Numbered from the stretch's first letter, positions 12,101 through 21,534 are shown. The stretch is DNA of 64,000 bases from Waddlia chondrophila WSU 86-1044 (GCA_945882915.1 CAMCWV010000009.1:4735-68734); one strand, 5' to 3'. Notes: generated by a model from the letters alone, not told the origin. Made by a program: numbers and translations.

Positions 12101-12753
12101 TCTAAAGTCCCTGCCCAGTCGAGAAGATTGATCTGACTGAAGATCGTAGAGATCTTCACGCTCACGTACTCTACTTCTGGCTTAGAAAGTGTGTGGAGGT
12201 AGATGTTCAGGCGCTTTTTGGCTTCCGCCTCTCCTAAAACGGCCTCTCCGAGGTGGTTTAGGTTAATCCGGACCCCTTGTCTGCGCCGCTCTTCCATGTG
12301 GCTTCCAAGAGACTTCTCTTCGCCAGGAAGAATTACAGTTGACATGTCTTTGCGAAGAGTGAACCTCATCAACGGGATTAATAGGGAGGGGAGCGAGGTG
12401 TTAAAAAGCTTAAAAATCGAAAGTTTTAGCCGGTCAATGAGTGAAAGGTAGCGTGGAATGCCATGCTTTCCGAGTAAGAAGTCGACCTGGTTTGCGACTT
12501 TTGAAACAGAATGGCTCCGAAAGGCTTGATCTGTAAGAGCTGTAGTAAAGACCTTACCTTGAGGGTCGTTCATCAGGCGGGCAAGTCTTGCATGGAGTTT
12601 TTTTTCTTTAGAGGTTTCGGTTTTGTGCGCTTCATGAAGCATAAGAGAGGCAAGCTTGACGGCAAGGGAGCTGCGCTCATCTGCAGAGACTTTTTTTTCT
12701 CGTATTTTTGCCAAAGTTTCTTGTGCTTTGATCATTTCTGGTGACTCGCGCAT
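9160..12753 (-). CDS. putA: Bifunctional proline dehydrogenase / P5C dehydrogenase
   Basis: NLDMEEY, RIVKGANL, RRLDENT; ALDH motifs PWNFP, ETGGKN, GQKCSA and EFFGPVL. Confidence 0.95.
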   Translation of the reverse strand: MRESPEMIKAQETLAKIREKKVSADERSSLAVKLASLMLHEAHKTETSKEKKLHARLARLMNDPQGKVFTTALTDQAFRSHSVSKVANQVDFLLGKHGIPRYLSLIDRLKLSIFKLFNTSLPSLLIPLMRFTLRKDMSTVILPGEEKSLGSHMEERRRQGVRINLNHLGEAVLGEAEAKKRLNIYLHTLSKPEVEYVSVKISTIFSQINLLDWAGTLEVLSDRLRELYRMAITHPYICLDGSKKQKFVNLDMEEYRDLHFTADLFCKILDEPEFYNYSAGIVLQAYLPDSHMIQQTLTKWAVERKAQGRAPIKIRIVKGANLAMEKVESSLKGWPQAPYTSKGEVDANFKRMVTYGCIPEHAKAAHLGIGSHNLFDIAYAMLLREENGVQEEVCFEMLEGMATHISRVVKSLTGDLLLYCPAAKQEEFQNAMAYLIRRLDENTGPENFLRHSFELTSNNEQWKQQVELFERACLDMNRVSTLPRRTQNRLDTPRAPLLDAPFQNEPDTDWSLANNRQWAAELLLTWKDRSHSPIPVVIGGKEIYTQQVGIGKDPSRSPSSTSQPFYTFSMADSALAELALQTAEKAQASWAAISVKERSHLLATVAQELRKSRQELIGVMIGDGGKTIPEADTEISEAIDFAEYYRRSAEELDILEEISWEPKGTILVSTPWNFPCAIPAGGILAALATGNCVIFKPSRDTVLVAWVLAGAFWRAGISKEVLQFLPCPGVPVGNKLVSDSRVAAVVLTGSTETARHFAKIRPGLDLLAETGGKNGIILSSLCDRDLAIKDLIQSAFGHSGQKCSAASLAICEGEVYDDPDFLDQLRDAAASLPVGSAWDPKSRVTPLIHPPGKDLLRALTELDPGESWLLKPGQDPQNPNLWSPGIRLGVKEGSWCHQTEFFGPVLSLMRAENLDHAIRLANGTPYGLTAGLHSLNERDYKPWINSIEAGNLYINRGITGAIVRRQPFGGTKASSFGPGAKAGGPNYLIEFMHASKKQNPHQEGSLSPKVLELSAFLEEQLSLLGELSSWEATLHSYAYWWALLKNPSDLSQLRGQDNFFYHIPHKQMDLRLLGEESLLNVGRTCAAALTCGTPLKISTAPHKHAYLRRWTDLQGLSVIEETEEQFVARVQEAQIKRLRLLTPPSPELLKAAAETGTTLLTRPVLAAGRLELLHFLRELSLSVDYHRYGNLGDREEK

Positions 12754-12774
12754 TTAAGCGCCCTCCTAAATAAA

Positions 12775-12831
12775 GTAATTGCAGCCTGTAAGGCTTCTAC
12801 TCTTAAGGAGCTGTGATTACGCCACAACGCC
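12775..12831. repeat. Family B MITE, degenerate
   Basis: GTAATTGCAGCCTGTAAGGCTTCTACTCTTAAGG matches the copy at 32748-32821. Confidence 0.75.
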
Positions 12832-12879
12832 TCTTGAGGTGAAATGTTTATTTTATCGTATCCTCTGGTATACGAGAAA

Positions 12880-12951
12880 TATACTCCTCATTAGCTGAAA
12901 ACGGGGCGTTCGCGCTAGCCCAAATTCCCGTTTTTAGCTAAGAGGAGTATA
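12880..12951. mobile_element. Family A MITE, short form
   Basis: TATACTCCTC...GAGGAGTATA inverted termini. Confidence 0.9.
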
Positions 12952-12975
12952 TAATCTAAGGTAGGAATAAGAATT

Positions 12976-14301
12976 GTGTCATCAATTTTCAGAGCTGTTT
13001 TGTTACTTTGTTTGTGGATGCTATTGGTAGGGGCCGAATCTGTTGAGCCTTCTGCTGCACCGTCGGCTGCGCCTGCCCAAAAGCCCCTAGCGCAGCCGCG
13101 TCCAAAAGCTGTTAAAGCCCCAAAAGTGAAGGTGGGCATCTCAGTATTCTTCGATAAGGGACATGCCAAAAAGATGTTAGCCGGCAAGAGAGTCGGGCTG
13201 ATCACAAACCACACTGCCATCAACGAAAAGATGGAATCTGCCATCGACTTGGTAAAGGCAAATGCTAAAGACTACAAGTTGGTTGCTTTCTTTGCTCCAG
13301 AGCACGGCATTAATGGGCTCGGGTATGCTGCAGAGAAAATTGCTAACGCGCGGGATAAAGATGGGCAGCCCATATACAGCCTTCATGGCGAGACTCGCCG
13401 GCCAACAGAGACAATGTTGAAAGGGATCGATATTTTGCTCTACGACATTCAAGACGTTGGCTCTAGATCCTACACGTATATATCGACCCTTTTTTATGTG
13501 ATGGAAGAGGCGGCTAAAAGGAAGATACCCGTAGTTGTCATGGACCGTCCAAATCCAATTAATGGAACCGTTGTTGATGGCCTTTTGCTTGAGCCTCAGT
13601 GGCGCTCGTTTGTTGGGTATGTAAACGTCACCTATTGCCATGGAATGACAGTCGGAGAGCTTGCTCAGTTCTTTAACACAGAATACCAAGTTGGTTGTGA
13701 CTTGAGAGTCATTCCGATGGAAGGGTGGAAGCGGACGATGACCTTTAAAGATACAGGCTTAAGCTGGGTACCAACAAGCCCGCAGATTCCCGATGCCGAC
13801 ACCCCTTTGTACTATCCTATGACGGGACTTTTGGGGGAGCTGCAGATTGTGAGTATCGGTGTTGGCTATACGCTGCCGTTTAAAATTGTAGGCGCTCCCT
13901 GGATGAGTGCAGAGTCACTTGCTAAGCGGCTGAACGACCAGAAGTACCCTGGGGTGTACTTTCAGCCCTATCACTTCTGTCCTTTCTTTGGGAGGTACAA
14001 GGGAGAGCCCTGTCAAGGGGTCCGAATTGTTGTGACCGACTCCTCTTTGTATTTACCCGTCTCTACGCAGTATCTCATTTTGGGTGTGCTAAAACTCATG
14101 TACCCCCAGCAGTTCATAAAGGCGCTGGATGGAGTTAAAGAGCGCCAACCAATGTTTGCCAAAGTTAATGGGACAGATAACGTCTATCAGATGATGTTAA
14201 ACGAACCCTACATCTCGTGGAAGCTCCGAAGCATGTGTGACAAAGCGCGCGCTCTCTTTAACCCCGTCCGCGCCAAGTACCTCAACCCCGCCTATAAGTA
14301 G
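12976..14301 (+). CDS. DUF1343 / NamZ-type exo-beta-N-acetylmuramidase with signal peptide
   Basis: GLITNHT, FAPEHG, YDIQDVGSRSYTY, DRPNP and HGMTVGELA motifs. Confidence 0.88.
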   Translation: MSSIFRAVLLLCLWMLLVGAESVEPSAAPSAAPAQKPLAQPRPKAVKAPKVKVGISVFFDKGHAKKMLAGKRVGLITNHTAINEKMESAIDLVKANAKDYKLVAFFAPEHGINGLGYAAEKIANARDKDGQPIYSLHGETRRPTETMLKGIDILLYDIQDVGSRSYTYISTLFYVMEEAAKRKIPVVVMDRPNPINGTVVDGLLLEPQWRSFVGYVNVTYCHGMTVGELAQFFNTEYQVGCDLRVIPMEGWKRTMTFKDTGLSWVPTSPQIPDADTPLYYPMTGLLGELQIVSIGVGYTLPFKIVGAPWMSAESLAKRLNDQKYPGVYFQPYHFCPFFGRYKGEPCQGVRIVVTDSSLYLPVSTQYLILGVLKLMYPQQFIKALDGVKERQPMFAKVNGTDNVYQMMLNEPYISWKLRSMCDKARALFNPVRAKYLNPAYK

Positions 14302-14361
14302 CATATTTAACAAATGAGATTATTAGTATGCTTGGAACTATGCGTTAGTGGTTATTTAAAC

Positions 14362-14850
14362 GGCGAAGCCGTGGCAGGTGCTAGCCATAAGAGACCGAAG
14401 GGGACCTGCAGAATATTAGAATTATAATGTCAAGCCACGGTCAGTGGCGACAGCTCTTTCAGAAAGGCATTGCCCGCATAATTACAGCCCGTTAAGAGTA
14501 GCAGCCTTACAGGCTGCGTGGGACGTATTCGTTTACACCCAGGGCGCTGCCCTTATGTTGTTTGCAATTACAGCCCTTCAGGCTGAACCTGAGAAACTGA
14601 AGTGGTTTTATAGTAGTTAAAGCTTTTTGCATAAAAGCTCAGCCTGAAGGGCTGAAAATGCAAACAGCCCAGGGCGGCGCCCTGGGTATAAGAGAATATA
14701 TCCCATGCAGCCTGTAAGGCTGCAATGACAATTATGCGAGCAAAGCCTTTCAGGAAAGTATCGCCACTGATCGTGGCTCCGAATTTCTTATTTGGATAAG
14801 TCGTAGGTTTCCTTCGGTCACCTACAGCTAGCACCTGCCACGGCTTCGCC
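14362..14850. mobile_element. Family C palindromic element with a nested family B element
   Basis: 24-bp perfect outer IR GGCGAAGCCGTGGCAGGTGCTAGC, plus inner IR pairs at 14433-14450/14761-14778. Confidence 0.88.
14466..14747. mobile_element. Family B MITE, long form, nested in family C
   Basis: GGCATTGCCCGCATAAT...ATTATGCGAGCAAAGCC; flanks TTTCAGAAA/TTTCAGGAA (8/9 direct repeat). Confidence 0.88.
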
Positions 14851-14906
14851 TTTTAATTACAGCGTTCGCGGTCCTTTTAACTGTTAGAGGGTCTTGCTAA
14901 CAGGGC

Positions 14907-15941
14907 CTAGCTAATTAGGGATTGGAGTTCGTTGTAGACTTCGTCTACTTCGATGCGGGTCATGCAGCGGAAGTCGATAGGGCATTTTCTGAGGTAGCAA
15001 GGAGAGCAGTCGACATGTTTGTGGATCACCTTCCCTCCACTGTAAGGCCCTGTGGAGACATCGTTCGTGGAGCCAAACAGCGCCAAGAGCTTTGTTCCCA
15101 CGGCAGAGGCAATGTGCATAGGGCCGCTATCGTTTGTTAGCAAGATGTCGCATGTTTTAATTAATGCGATAAGCTCGCGCAAAGAGGTGGCCCCTGCAAG
15201 GTTAATGACCCGCAAAGGCATGCCCGAGCAAATTTGATTAACCAGAGGAGTTCCTGTAGAATCTCCAAAATACACAACGGTAATCAGAGGGTTTGCTAAG
15301 AGACGATGGGTGACCTCTTGAAATCTTTCTGGCAGCCAACACTTAGCCGAGCCGTAAGCTGCGCCTGGGTTGATTCCTATGATGATCCCATTTTCAGGCG
15401 TTCCGTGTTTTTTCAGAATCTGCCGAGCGTTTTGAAGCTCTTGCGCTGTGACATGCAGACGAGGCGGGGTGTCAGAAAGGGCGATCCCCAATGGTGGCAA
15501 TAACTCTTTATAAGTGACAACTAAGTGTTGCCGTTCTTTTTCTCTGGGCCAGGGAAGCGCTTTATTCAAGAATAGAGAGCGCAAGTTTTCTGAGTAGCCC
15601 ACTCTATTTCTGACGTTTCCACGCCAAAACCGCCAAGCAGAAGAAAAGGAATTTGTGAGCAAGATCCCAAGGTCATACTTGCCACGTCTCAAGAATTCGA
15701 TCAGCCTTCGCTCTTCTTGACGCCTAAGCCATCCGCTTGGGCGGGAAAAGCTAAAGACCTCGTCAATATCGCTATCTTCTTTGAGGAGCGCTGCGACGTT
15801 TGATTGGCACATTACGGTGATTTTAGACTCTGGCCAGCGCCTACGAACGTCGCTTAAAATCGGGGTTGCCATGACGAGATCCCCAAGCCAGTTGGGCATC
15901 CGGATAATAATATTTTTAGGAGACTCTACCTGCAATGTCAT
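14907..15941 (-). CDS. waaF: Lipopolysaccharide heptosyltransferase II (GT9)
   Basis: PNWLGDLVM, NPGAAYGSAKCW and NDSGPMHIA motifs. Confidence 0.88.
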   Translation of the reverse strand: MTLQVESPKNIIIRMPNWLGDLVMATPILSDVRRRWPESKITVMCQSNVAALLKEDSDIDEVFSFSRPSGWLRRQEERRLIEFLRRGKYDLGILLTNSFSSAWRFWRGNVRNRVGYSENLRSLFLNKALPWPREKERQHLVVTYKELLPPLGIALSDTPPRLHVTAQELQNARQILKKHGTPENGIIIGINPGAAYGSAKCWLPERFQEVTHRLLANPLITVVYFGDSTGTPLVNQICSGMPLRVINLAGATSLRELIALIKTCDILLTNDSGPMHIASAVGTKLLALFGSTNDVSTGPYSGGKVIHKHVDCSPCYLRKCPIDFRCMTRIEVDEVYNELQSLIS

Positions 15942-16043
15942 ACAAACGATTCCTGGTGAAGACTCTAAAGTATACCTAGTCCTTCCTTTTTTCCACAGAT
16001 TCTGCTATCAACAGCCCATTATTTTTGGGTCTTTTGCGCTGGT

Positions 16044-18275
16044 ATGAAGATATTTCTATCTATTTTAGCATTGCTTTGCTCTCTCCTGTTTGCTAGTGCT
16101 TATGGAGAGGTGGATGGTATGGGAGATTTCTCTCTCACCATTTTTGACGAGCGTCCCGCCATGTCCCCATCTCCAGCTCCTCATGTTCCTAAGGTACCAC
16201 TTCCTAGAGATGTTCTTGATGATATGAATCTTCTTCTAAACTGGACACATAGAGAGAGCTCTATCCCTCCACCGATAGCTCTCAATAACTTTCTAATGCC
16301 CGGCTATTTGAATATGCCCTCAGCGCGGATGCTAGGCGCTGGTTTTATTGGGGCAGGAGCCTCTGACACACCTCCATACACGAACATCAACGTTCTCCTG
16401 CAGCCCTTTTCTAGACTCCAGGTATCGGGAAGCTTTCGCATTTTTCGTGGCGTTCTCGACAGAAATCTTTCTCCTGTAGGTTATGGCGATTATGCCGACC
16501 GGGGAATGAATGCTAAATTTGCGCTGCTACTTCCAGAAGATAGCGGCAATAGTCTTCCTGGAATTTCCATTGGTGGAGAAGATCTGATTGGAACGGGGCT
16601 TTTTCATAGTAAGTATGTTATCGCCACCCAGGTCATCCCTGCTGTTAATATGGAGTTTTCTCTTGGATATGGAGCGGGAAGGATTAAGGGGCTCTTTGGC
16701 GGGGTGGCCTGGTCTCCGTTTGCTCACAAGAAGCGCTGGCCGATAAAAAATCTTACATTTACTGCCGAATACGATGCGATTGATTATGAAAGCTCGGACG
16801 CAGAACCGCATCCATCAGCGCGCACGTTTGATAATCGGGTAAATATTGGAGTCCAGTATCGCTTTTTTAACATGTTCTCTGTCGGTGTGGGGTACATCAA
16901 AGGGCAAGACGTTTCCATGATGGCCGGAGCCACCTACAACTTTGGAGAAACAGAGGGTCTAATTCCTAAAATCGAAGATCCACTCCCCTACAACGCCCCT
17001 AAGATCACAGAGTCTCTTGGGGTTGTGCGGACCGAGACCATGTTTTCCCATGACATCGCTCACGCGCTAAAGCAGCAAGGTTTCAATCTCTTGAGTGTTG
17101 TGATCACAGATTCTACAAAAGAAGGGGTCTCTCTTGTCATCACAATAGACAACCAGACCTACCGCTATGAAAGAATCGCTAGAATGCGTGTGGAGCACAT
17201 TTTAGCCAATCTACTGCCGCAAAATGTGATTAGCATTATTGTTGTTTTTGAATCTGAAGGGATTGCTTGTCAACAGTATGCTTACAGAGGAAAAGAAATA
17301 CACCGTTATGGATCTAAAGAGCTTGGCACCTATGAGCTGCAAACGCTCTCGCCAATGCAGGAGATCACCTTTCCTGACAAAGCAAGGTCCAAAGAAGTCT
17401 ACAAAAGCGACAAGTCCCCTTGGAGCTTTAATTTTCAGCCGCGTGTTCACACCTACTTTAACAGCCCTCAAGGGAAGCTCCAGTATGCCATGGGAGTTGC
17501 TTTAGGCGTTCAAGGGTACTTTGGAAATAATATCTTCTACGAGGTTGAGGGGGTTTATTCCTTTTACACCACTTTCTCGTCAAAGGCAGACTCTCCTGGT
17601 ATAATTGGAAAGAATCTTTTAAGAGTTTATAGTGACTATGACATTTACTTGAGAAACCGCGCTCTTAACCTCGACATTGCCTACTTGCAAAAGGGATGGG
17701 CGCTGGGGAATGGGTTTTCTTTCCGGGTGGCAAGCGGATACTTTGGTCCAGTGTTTGGAGGGGGCGCTGTTGAGGCGTTGTTCTATCCTGTAAACTCGTT
17801 AATTGGAGTGGGCGTTAATGCTGCAGTTTTATGGAAGAGGGACTATTATGGATTTGGTTTCCAAAGAGAGCTCCATTATTCAAACGGCCAAGAGCTTTTT
17901 CTGCAGAGGTATTCCTATCTGAAGCAGTACTTTGTCGATTTCTACTACGACATCGAACCCATTAGCATAAAAACTAAAGTGAGTGTGGGAAGGTTTTTGG
18001 CTGGTGACTACGGCGCGCGTGTGGATGTTACTCGGTACTTTCCTAGCGGACTTGAGATCTCTTTATGGTACACGATGACAAACGCAAAAGAAACCATTAA
18101 CGGCAGCCTTTACTACGACAATGGCGTAGCTTTTAGAGTTCCTCTCGATCTTCTGTATGAGTTTAGCGCTCGCTCTCATGTGGGCTTTGCGATATCTGCC
18201 TGGACAAGGGACACCGGGCGGCGAAGCGAAACGGGCAAATCCCTCTACGACATTCTATCCGCCGAACGGCGCTAG
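16044..18275 (+). CDS. YjbH/GfcD-family outer-membrane protein
   Basis: Signal peptide; GYLNMPSARM, DLIGTGLF, EYDA and GRFLAGDYGAR motifs. Confidence 0.75.
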   Translation: MKIFLSILALLCSLLFASAYGEVDGMGDFSLTIFDERPAMSPSPAPHVPKVPLPRDVLDDMNLLLNWTHRESSIPPPIALNNFLMPGYLNMPSARMLGAGFIGAGASDTPPYTNINVLLQPFSRLQVSGSFRIFRGVLDRNLSPVGYGDYADRGMNAKFALLLPEDSGNSLPGISIGGEDLIGTGLFHSKYVIATQVIPAVNMEFSLGYGAGRIKGLFGGVAWSPFAHKKRWPIKNLTFTAEYDAIDYESSDAEPHPSARTFDNRVNIGVQYRFFNMFSVGVGYIKGQDVSMMAGATYNFGETEGLIPKIEDPLPYNAPKITESLGVVRTETMFSHDIAHALKQQGFNLLSVVITDSTKEGVSLVITIDNQTYRYERIARMRVEHILANLLPQNVISIIVVFESEGIACQQYAYRGKEIHRYGSKELGTYELQTLSPMQEITFPDKARSKEVYKSDKSPWSFNFQPRVHTYFNSPQGKLQYAMGVALGVQGYFGNNIFYEVEGVYSFYTTFSSKADSPGIIGKNLLRVYSDYDIYLRNRALNLDIAYLQKGWALGNGFSFRVASGYFGPVFGGGAVEALFYPVNSLIGVGVNAAVLWKRDYYGFGFQRELHYSNGQELFLQRYSYLKQYFVDFYYDIEPISIKTKVSVGRFLAGDYGARVDVTRYFPSGLEISLWYTMTNAKETINGSLYYDNGVAFRVPLDLLYEFSARSHVGFAISAWTRDTGRRSETGKSLYDILSAERR

Positions 18276-18314
18276 TGGTCTGTCAATATTAAAATTACGG
18301 GTGGTTTTCCAAAA

Positions 18315-18384
18315 TATACTCCTCTTAGTTGAAAACGGGGCTTTGGCGCCGTCCAAAGTCCCATTCTTAACTAAGAGGAGTATA
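18315..18384. mobile_element. Family A MITE, 70-bp form, between convergent genes
   Basis: TATACTCCTCTTAGTT...AACTAAGAGGAGTATA. Confidence 0.9.
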
Positions 18385-18390
18385 TAACGC

Positions 18391-19368
18391 TTATTCCTCA
18401 AGGAGCCACTCAGCAGCCTGCCTTGCAGCATAGGTGAGGATGACATCTGCCCCCGCACGCTTGATTCCTATTAAACATTCGAGCATTGCCTTTTTCGGGT
18501 CGAGCCACTTGTTTTGGGCAGCAGCCATGATCATCGCATACTCACCGCTCACGTGGTAAGCAGCTACCGGGAGTGTTGTGTGGGCGCGCAATTTAGAAAT
18601 GATATCCAAGTAAGGAAGTGCCGGCTTTACCATCAAAAAGTCAGCACCCTCTTCTTCATCAAGAGTTGCTTCTCGGATTGCCTCGGTCGCATTTGCCGGG
18701 TTTATCTGATAGGTTTTTTTGTCTCCAAAAGCAAGCTTAACATTAAGCGCATCTCTAAAAGGTCCATAAAACGACGAAGCATACTTCGCTGTGTAGGCCA
18801 TGATACTGACGTGTTCACAATTAAATTTATCAAGCGATTGACGAATGTGCCTGATGCGACCATCCATCATGTCACTTGGCGCTACAATGTCTACACCTGC
18901 TCCTGCTTGAACAATCGCCATCTTTCCGAGAACTTCTACCGTCTCATCGTTAAGAATCTCACCTTTGTCGTTTACAAGCCCATCGTGCCCATGGCTCGTA
19001 TAAGGATCCAGCGCGATATCGGCAATCACACACATTTCCGGAAATTCTTTTTTTAAGGCGCGAATAGCGCGCTGCAACAAGCCCTCAGGATTAAGGGCTT
19101 GTGTTCCAGTAATGTCTTTTTGCTCCTGGGGGATTACGGGAAAAAGTGCCATTGCCGGAATGCCTAACTTGAGCAAGGCTTCAGCTTCTTTAAGCAGCAG
19201 GTCAATCGAAAGGCGACTTACTCCAGGCAAACTCAGAATGGGTTCTTTTTGCCCCGTTCCCTCTTTTACAAAATAAGGGGCGATAAAATCGGAAGGATGA
19301 AGGCGCGTTTCTTGCACCATTTCACGAATGGCGTGACATTTGCGGTTGCGACGAGGTCTTTTTAACAT
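18391..19368 (-). CDS. hemB: Porphobilinogen synthase
   Basis: ALDPYTSHGHDG, SDMMDGR, FYGPFRDA and MVKPALPYLD motifs; ATG 19368 follows a GGGGG RBS. Confidence 0.96.
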   Translation of the reverse strand: MLKRPRRNRKCHAIREMVQETRLHPSDFIAPYFVKEGTGQKEPILSLPGVSRLSIDLLLKEAEALLKLGIPAMALFPVIPQEQKDITGTQALNPEGLLQRAIRALKKEFPEMCVIADIALDPYTSHGHDGLVNDKGEILNDETVEVLGKMAIVQAGAGVDIVAPSDMMDGRIRHIRQSLDKFNCEHVSIMAYTAKYASSFYGPFRDALNVKLAFGDKKTYQINPANATEAIREATLDEEEGADFLMVKPALPYLDIISKLRAHTTLPVAAYHVSGEYAMIMAAAQNKWLDPKKAMLECLIGIKRAGADVILTYAARQAAEWLLEE

Positions 19369-19781
19369 GTGATAGCCCCCAGATTTAGGCATAAAAATAG
19401 GAAAGGGATCATAGGAATCATTGACATAATCCACAACGTCTTAGGAAGAGGATAAAGAGAAGTTATTAAATACTCTTCTTCTTCAGAGGGTGTGGGAATG
19501 TTCATGGTTATCAACGACGCCCCTTCTGGAAAAAATGTTAATATATTGTTAGTGAACAGATCGTAAAGTGCCGCTTATGAACTTTTTCCTTGCGATGAAC
19601 AAAAGCGTGTTCATAGATCTTCTGGTTTTGGGGCGGGTTGTGAACATCTTTTCCACAAGTTTGGCTTGGTCAACTCTTCAACAGGTTTTTTGTTTTTCGC
19701 TTGATCGGCGGGGGAGGATATGGCAACCTCAATGTCTTCGCATTTTTCGGCAGAGGTTTTTCAACGCCCCGGAGTATTAAT
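19369..19781. other. Probable chromosomal replication origin (oriC)
   Basis: DnaA-box matches TTTTCCACA 19649-19657, TAATCCACA 19427-19435, TTTTCCAGA (minus) 19525-19533 and TTATCAACG 19508-19516; AT-rich tract near 19530-19550; hemB/thyX context. Confidence 0.7.
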
Positions 19782-21413
19782 ATGCAATCGTACGAAGAGT
19801 TCAGCGAGACACAGGCCAAAATTCTTGAGCGTTATGTCTCTAACACGGCTGGGGATGCTAACGTTTTTGTATTACATAACCTCCCAGAGGTAATCAAGGG
19901 GGCTCTTTTCTCCCGCTATTCCCGCTCTAGCCTTGGTCTTCGCACCCTCCTTTTAAAGGAGTTTATTTTAAATGAAGAGACCGCCTTTGACTCTATTGTA
20001 GCCCAGCAGACCCACTCTTCAGAGAGTCAGATGGTCGCAATTAAAAAGGCCCAAAATTTTTATGACCGTATTCTTGATGGATATGGAGATGATTCGATCG
20101 GAGAGCTTGGTGGCGCCCATTTAGCCATCGAAAACGTTTCGATGATTGCTGCCAAAGCTATCGAAGATCAACGCATTGGGGGCTCCCCTCTAGAAAAGTC
20201 TACGCGCTATATTTATTTCGATCAGAAGGTGAAAGGAGAGTACCTTTTTTGCAGAGAGCCCGTGCTTTGCACGTCGGGCTACAAAGAAATCTATGTTAAC
20301 ACCTGTAACATGCTTTTTGAGACATATAGCCGCCTTATTCCCCCGATGACAGCTTTAATGGAAGAGCGCAGCCCAATTAAGTCTTTCCCCGACGGCACTA
20401 CGAAGCAGGCTTATGGGGCATCCTTAAGGGCTAAAGTTCTTGATTGCCTCCGCGGCCTTTTGCCTGCAAGTACTCTTACGAATATGGGCGTCTATGGAAA
20501 TGGGCGCTTCTTTGAGCATCTTGTTCAGAAGCTCCACAGCAGCGGCCTTAAGGAACTTGAGGACATTGGAAAGTATTCTTACGACGAACTCGTCAAAACG
20601 GTGCCTTCTTTTATTCGTAGAGCCGAAGTAAATCACAAGCACTATAAAACATTTGCTTGCTTCCGAGAGGCAATTCAAGGGCAGATTAGCCATGTTGCCA
20701 AAAAGCACCGCGCAAATGTGGAAAGGTCCCAGAAGCCTGGAGTTCGCTTGATTCAGTCGGGCTCAGATATTGTTACAAAAGTCGCTGGCGCTTTGCTGTT
20801 TGGCACTTCTAATGCAGGACTCTATGAGTGGCAAGAGTATTGCCGGGGTCTTTCTGAAGAGGATATTGCAAGTATTTTCGATGCGGCGAGCAATGCAAGA
20901 GAAAATCGACGCCACAAGTCTCCACGCGGCCTTGAGCATGCAGAATTTACTTTCGAAATCATTGCCGACTTTGGGATTTACCGCGATTTGCACCGTCACA
21001 GACTGCTCACACAAGAGCGCCAGCTCCTTTCGTGTGATTATGGATATGCTGTCCCTACAGAGATTCTAGGTACTCCTATGGAAAAAGAATATCGCGATGC
21101 TATGGAGGAGGCAGCAGAGGCTTACAAGACTATTGCTGAAGAACTCCCTGAAGAGGCTCAGTATGTTGTTCCGATGGCGTACAACATCCGTTGGTACATG
21201 CACGCTAACTTACGCGCTTTACAGTGGATTTGCGAGCTACGCTCCTCGCCAGCAGGCCATCCCCACTACCGCTATGTGGCTCAAGAAATTGCGCGGCAGA
21301 TCACTCAGAAGTACCCTGCATTTGGTTGTTTCTTCAAGTTTGTAGACCGCGAAGGGTATGAGCTAGGTCGCCTTGGACAAGAGCAGCGCACCACCGACAA
21401 ACAACGTAAGTAA
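19782..21413 (+). CDS. thyX: FAD-dependent thymidylate synthase, chlamydial double-domain type
   Basis: LEKSTRY and RDLHRHR..QERQ motifs; RGLLP; GGAG RBS before ATG 19782. Confidence 0.9.
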   Translation: MQSYEEFSETQAKILERYVSNTAGDANVFVLHNLPEVIKGALFSRYSRSSLGLRTLLLKEFILNEETAFDSIVAQQTHSSESQMVAIKKAQNFYDRILDGYGDDSIGELGGAHLAIENVSMIAAKAIEDQRIGGSPLEKSTRYIYFDQKVKGEYLFCREPVLCTSGYKEIYVNTCNMLFETYSRLIPPMTALMEERSPIKSFPDGTTKQAYGASLRAKVLDCLRGLLPASTLTNMGVYGNGRFFEHLVQKLHSSGLKELEDIGKYSYDELVKTVPSFIRRAEVNHKHYKTFACFREAIQGQISHVAKKHRANVERSQKPGVRLIQSGSDIVTKVAGALLFGTSNAGLYEWQEYCRGLSEEDIASIFDAASNARENRRHKSPRGLEHAEFTFEIIADFGIYRDLHRHRLLTQERQLLSCDYGYAVPTEILGTPMEKEYRDAMEEAAEAYKTIAEELPEEAQYVVPMAYNIRWYMHANLRALQWICELRSSPAGHPHYRYVAQEIARQITQKYPAFGCFFKFVDREGYELGRLGQEQRTTDKQRK

Positions 21414-21422
21414 CAAAGAATG

Positions 21423-21522
21423 CAGAACGGGATAACTGGATATTTAAGATGAAATTAAGGAGCAACGCTTACGCTCGCTCCTTAATTTTATCTTAAATAC
21501 CCAACCTTCCTATCCTGTTCTG
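21423..21522. repeat. 100-bp imperfect palindrome after thyX (possible terminator or MITE)
   Basis: TATTTAAGATGAAATTAAGGAGC / GCTCCTTAATTTTATCTTAAATA arms; outer CAGAACGGGATA / TATCCTGTTCTG. Confidence 0.8.
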
Positions 21523-21534
21523 AATAGTTTGTGC

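Noticed and set aside
14568-14834. Short ORFs within repeats (also 1900-2088, 18255-18458, 50672-50857, 63409-63606)
   Set aside because: They lie inside palindromic elements and have no protein motifs.
19701-19781. TTG start for thyX, and 19434 start for hemB
   Set aside because: Both extend into the oriC-like region; the downstream ATGs have clear RBSs.
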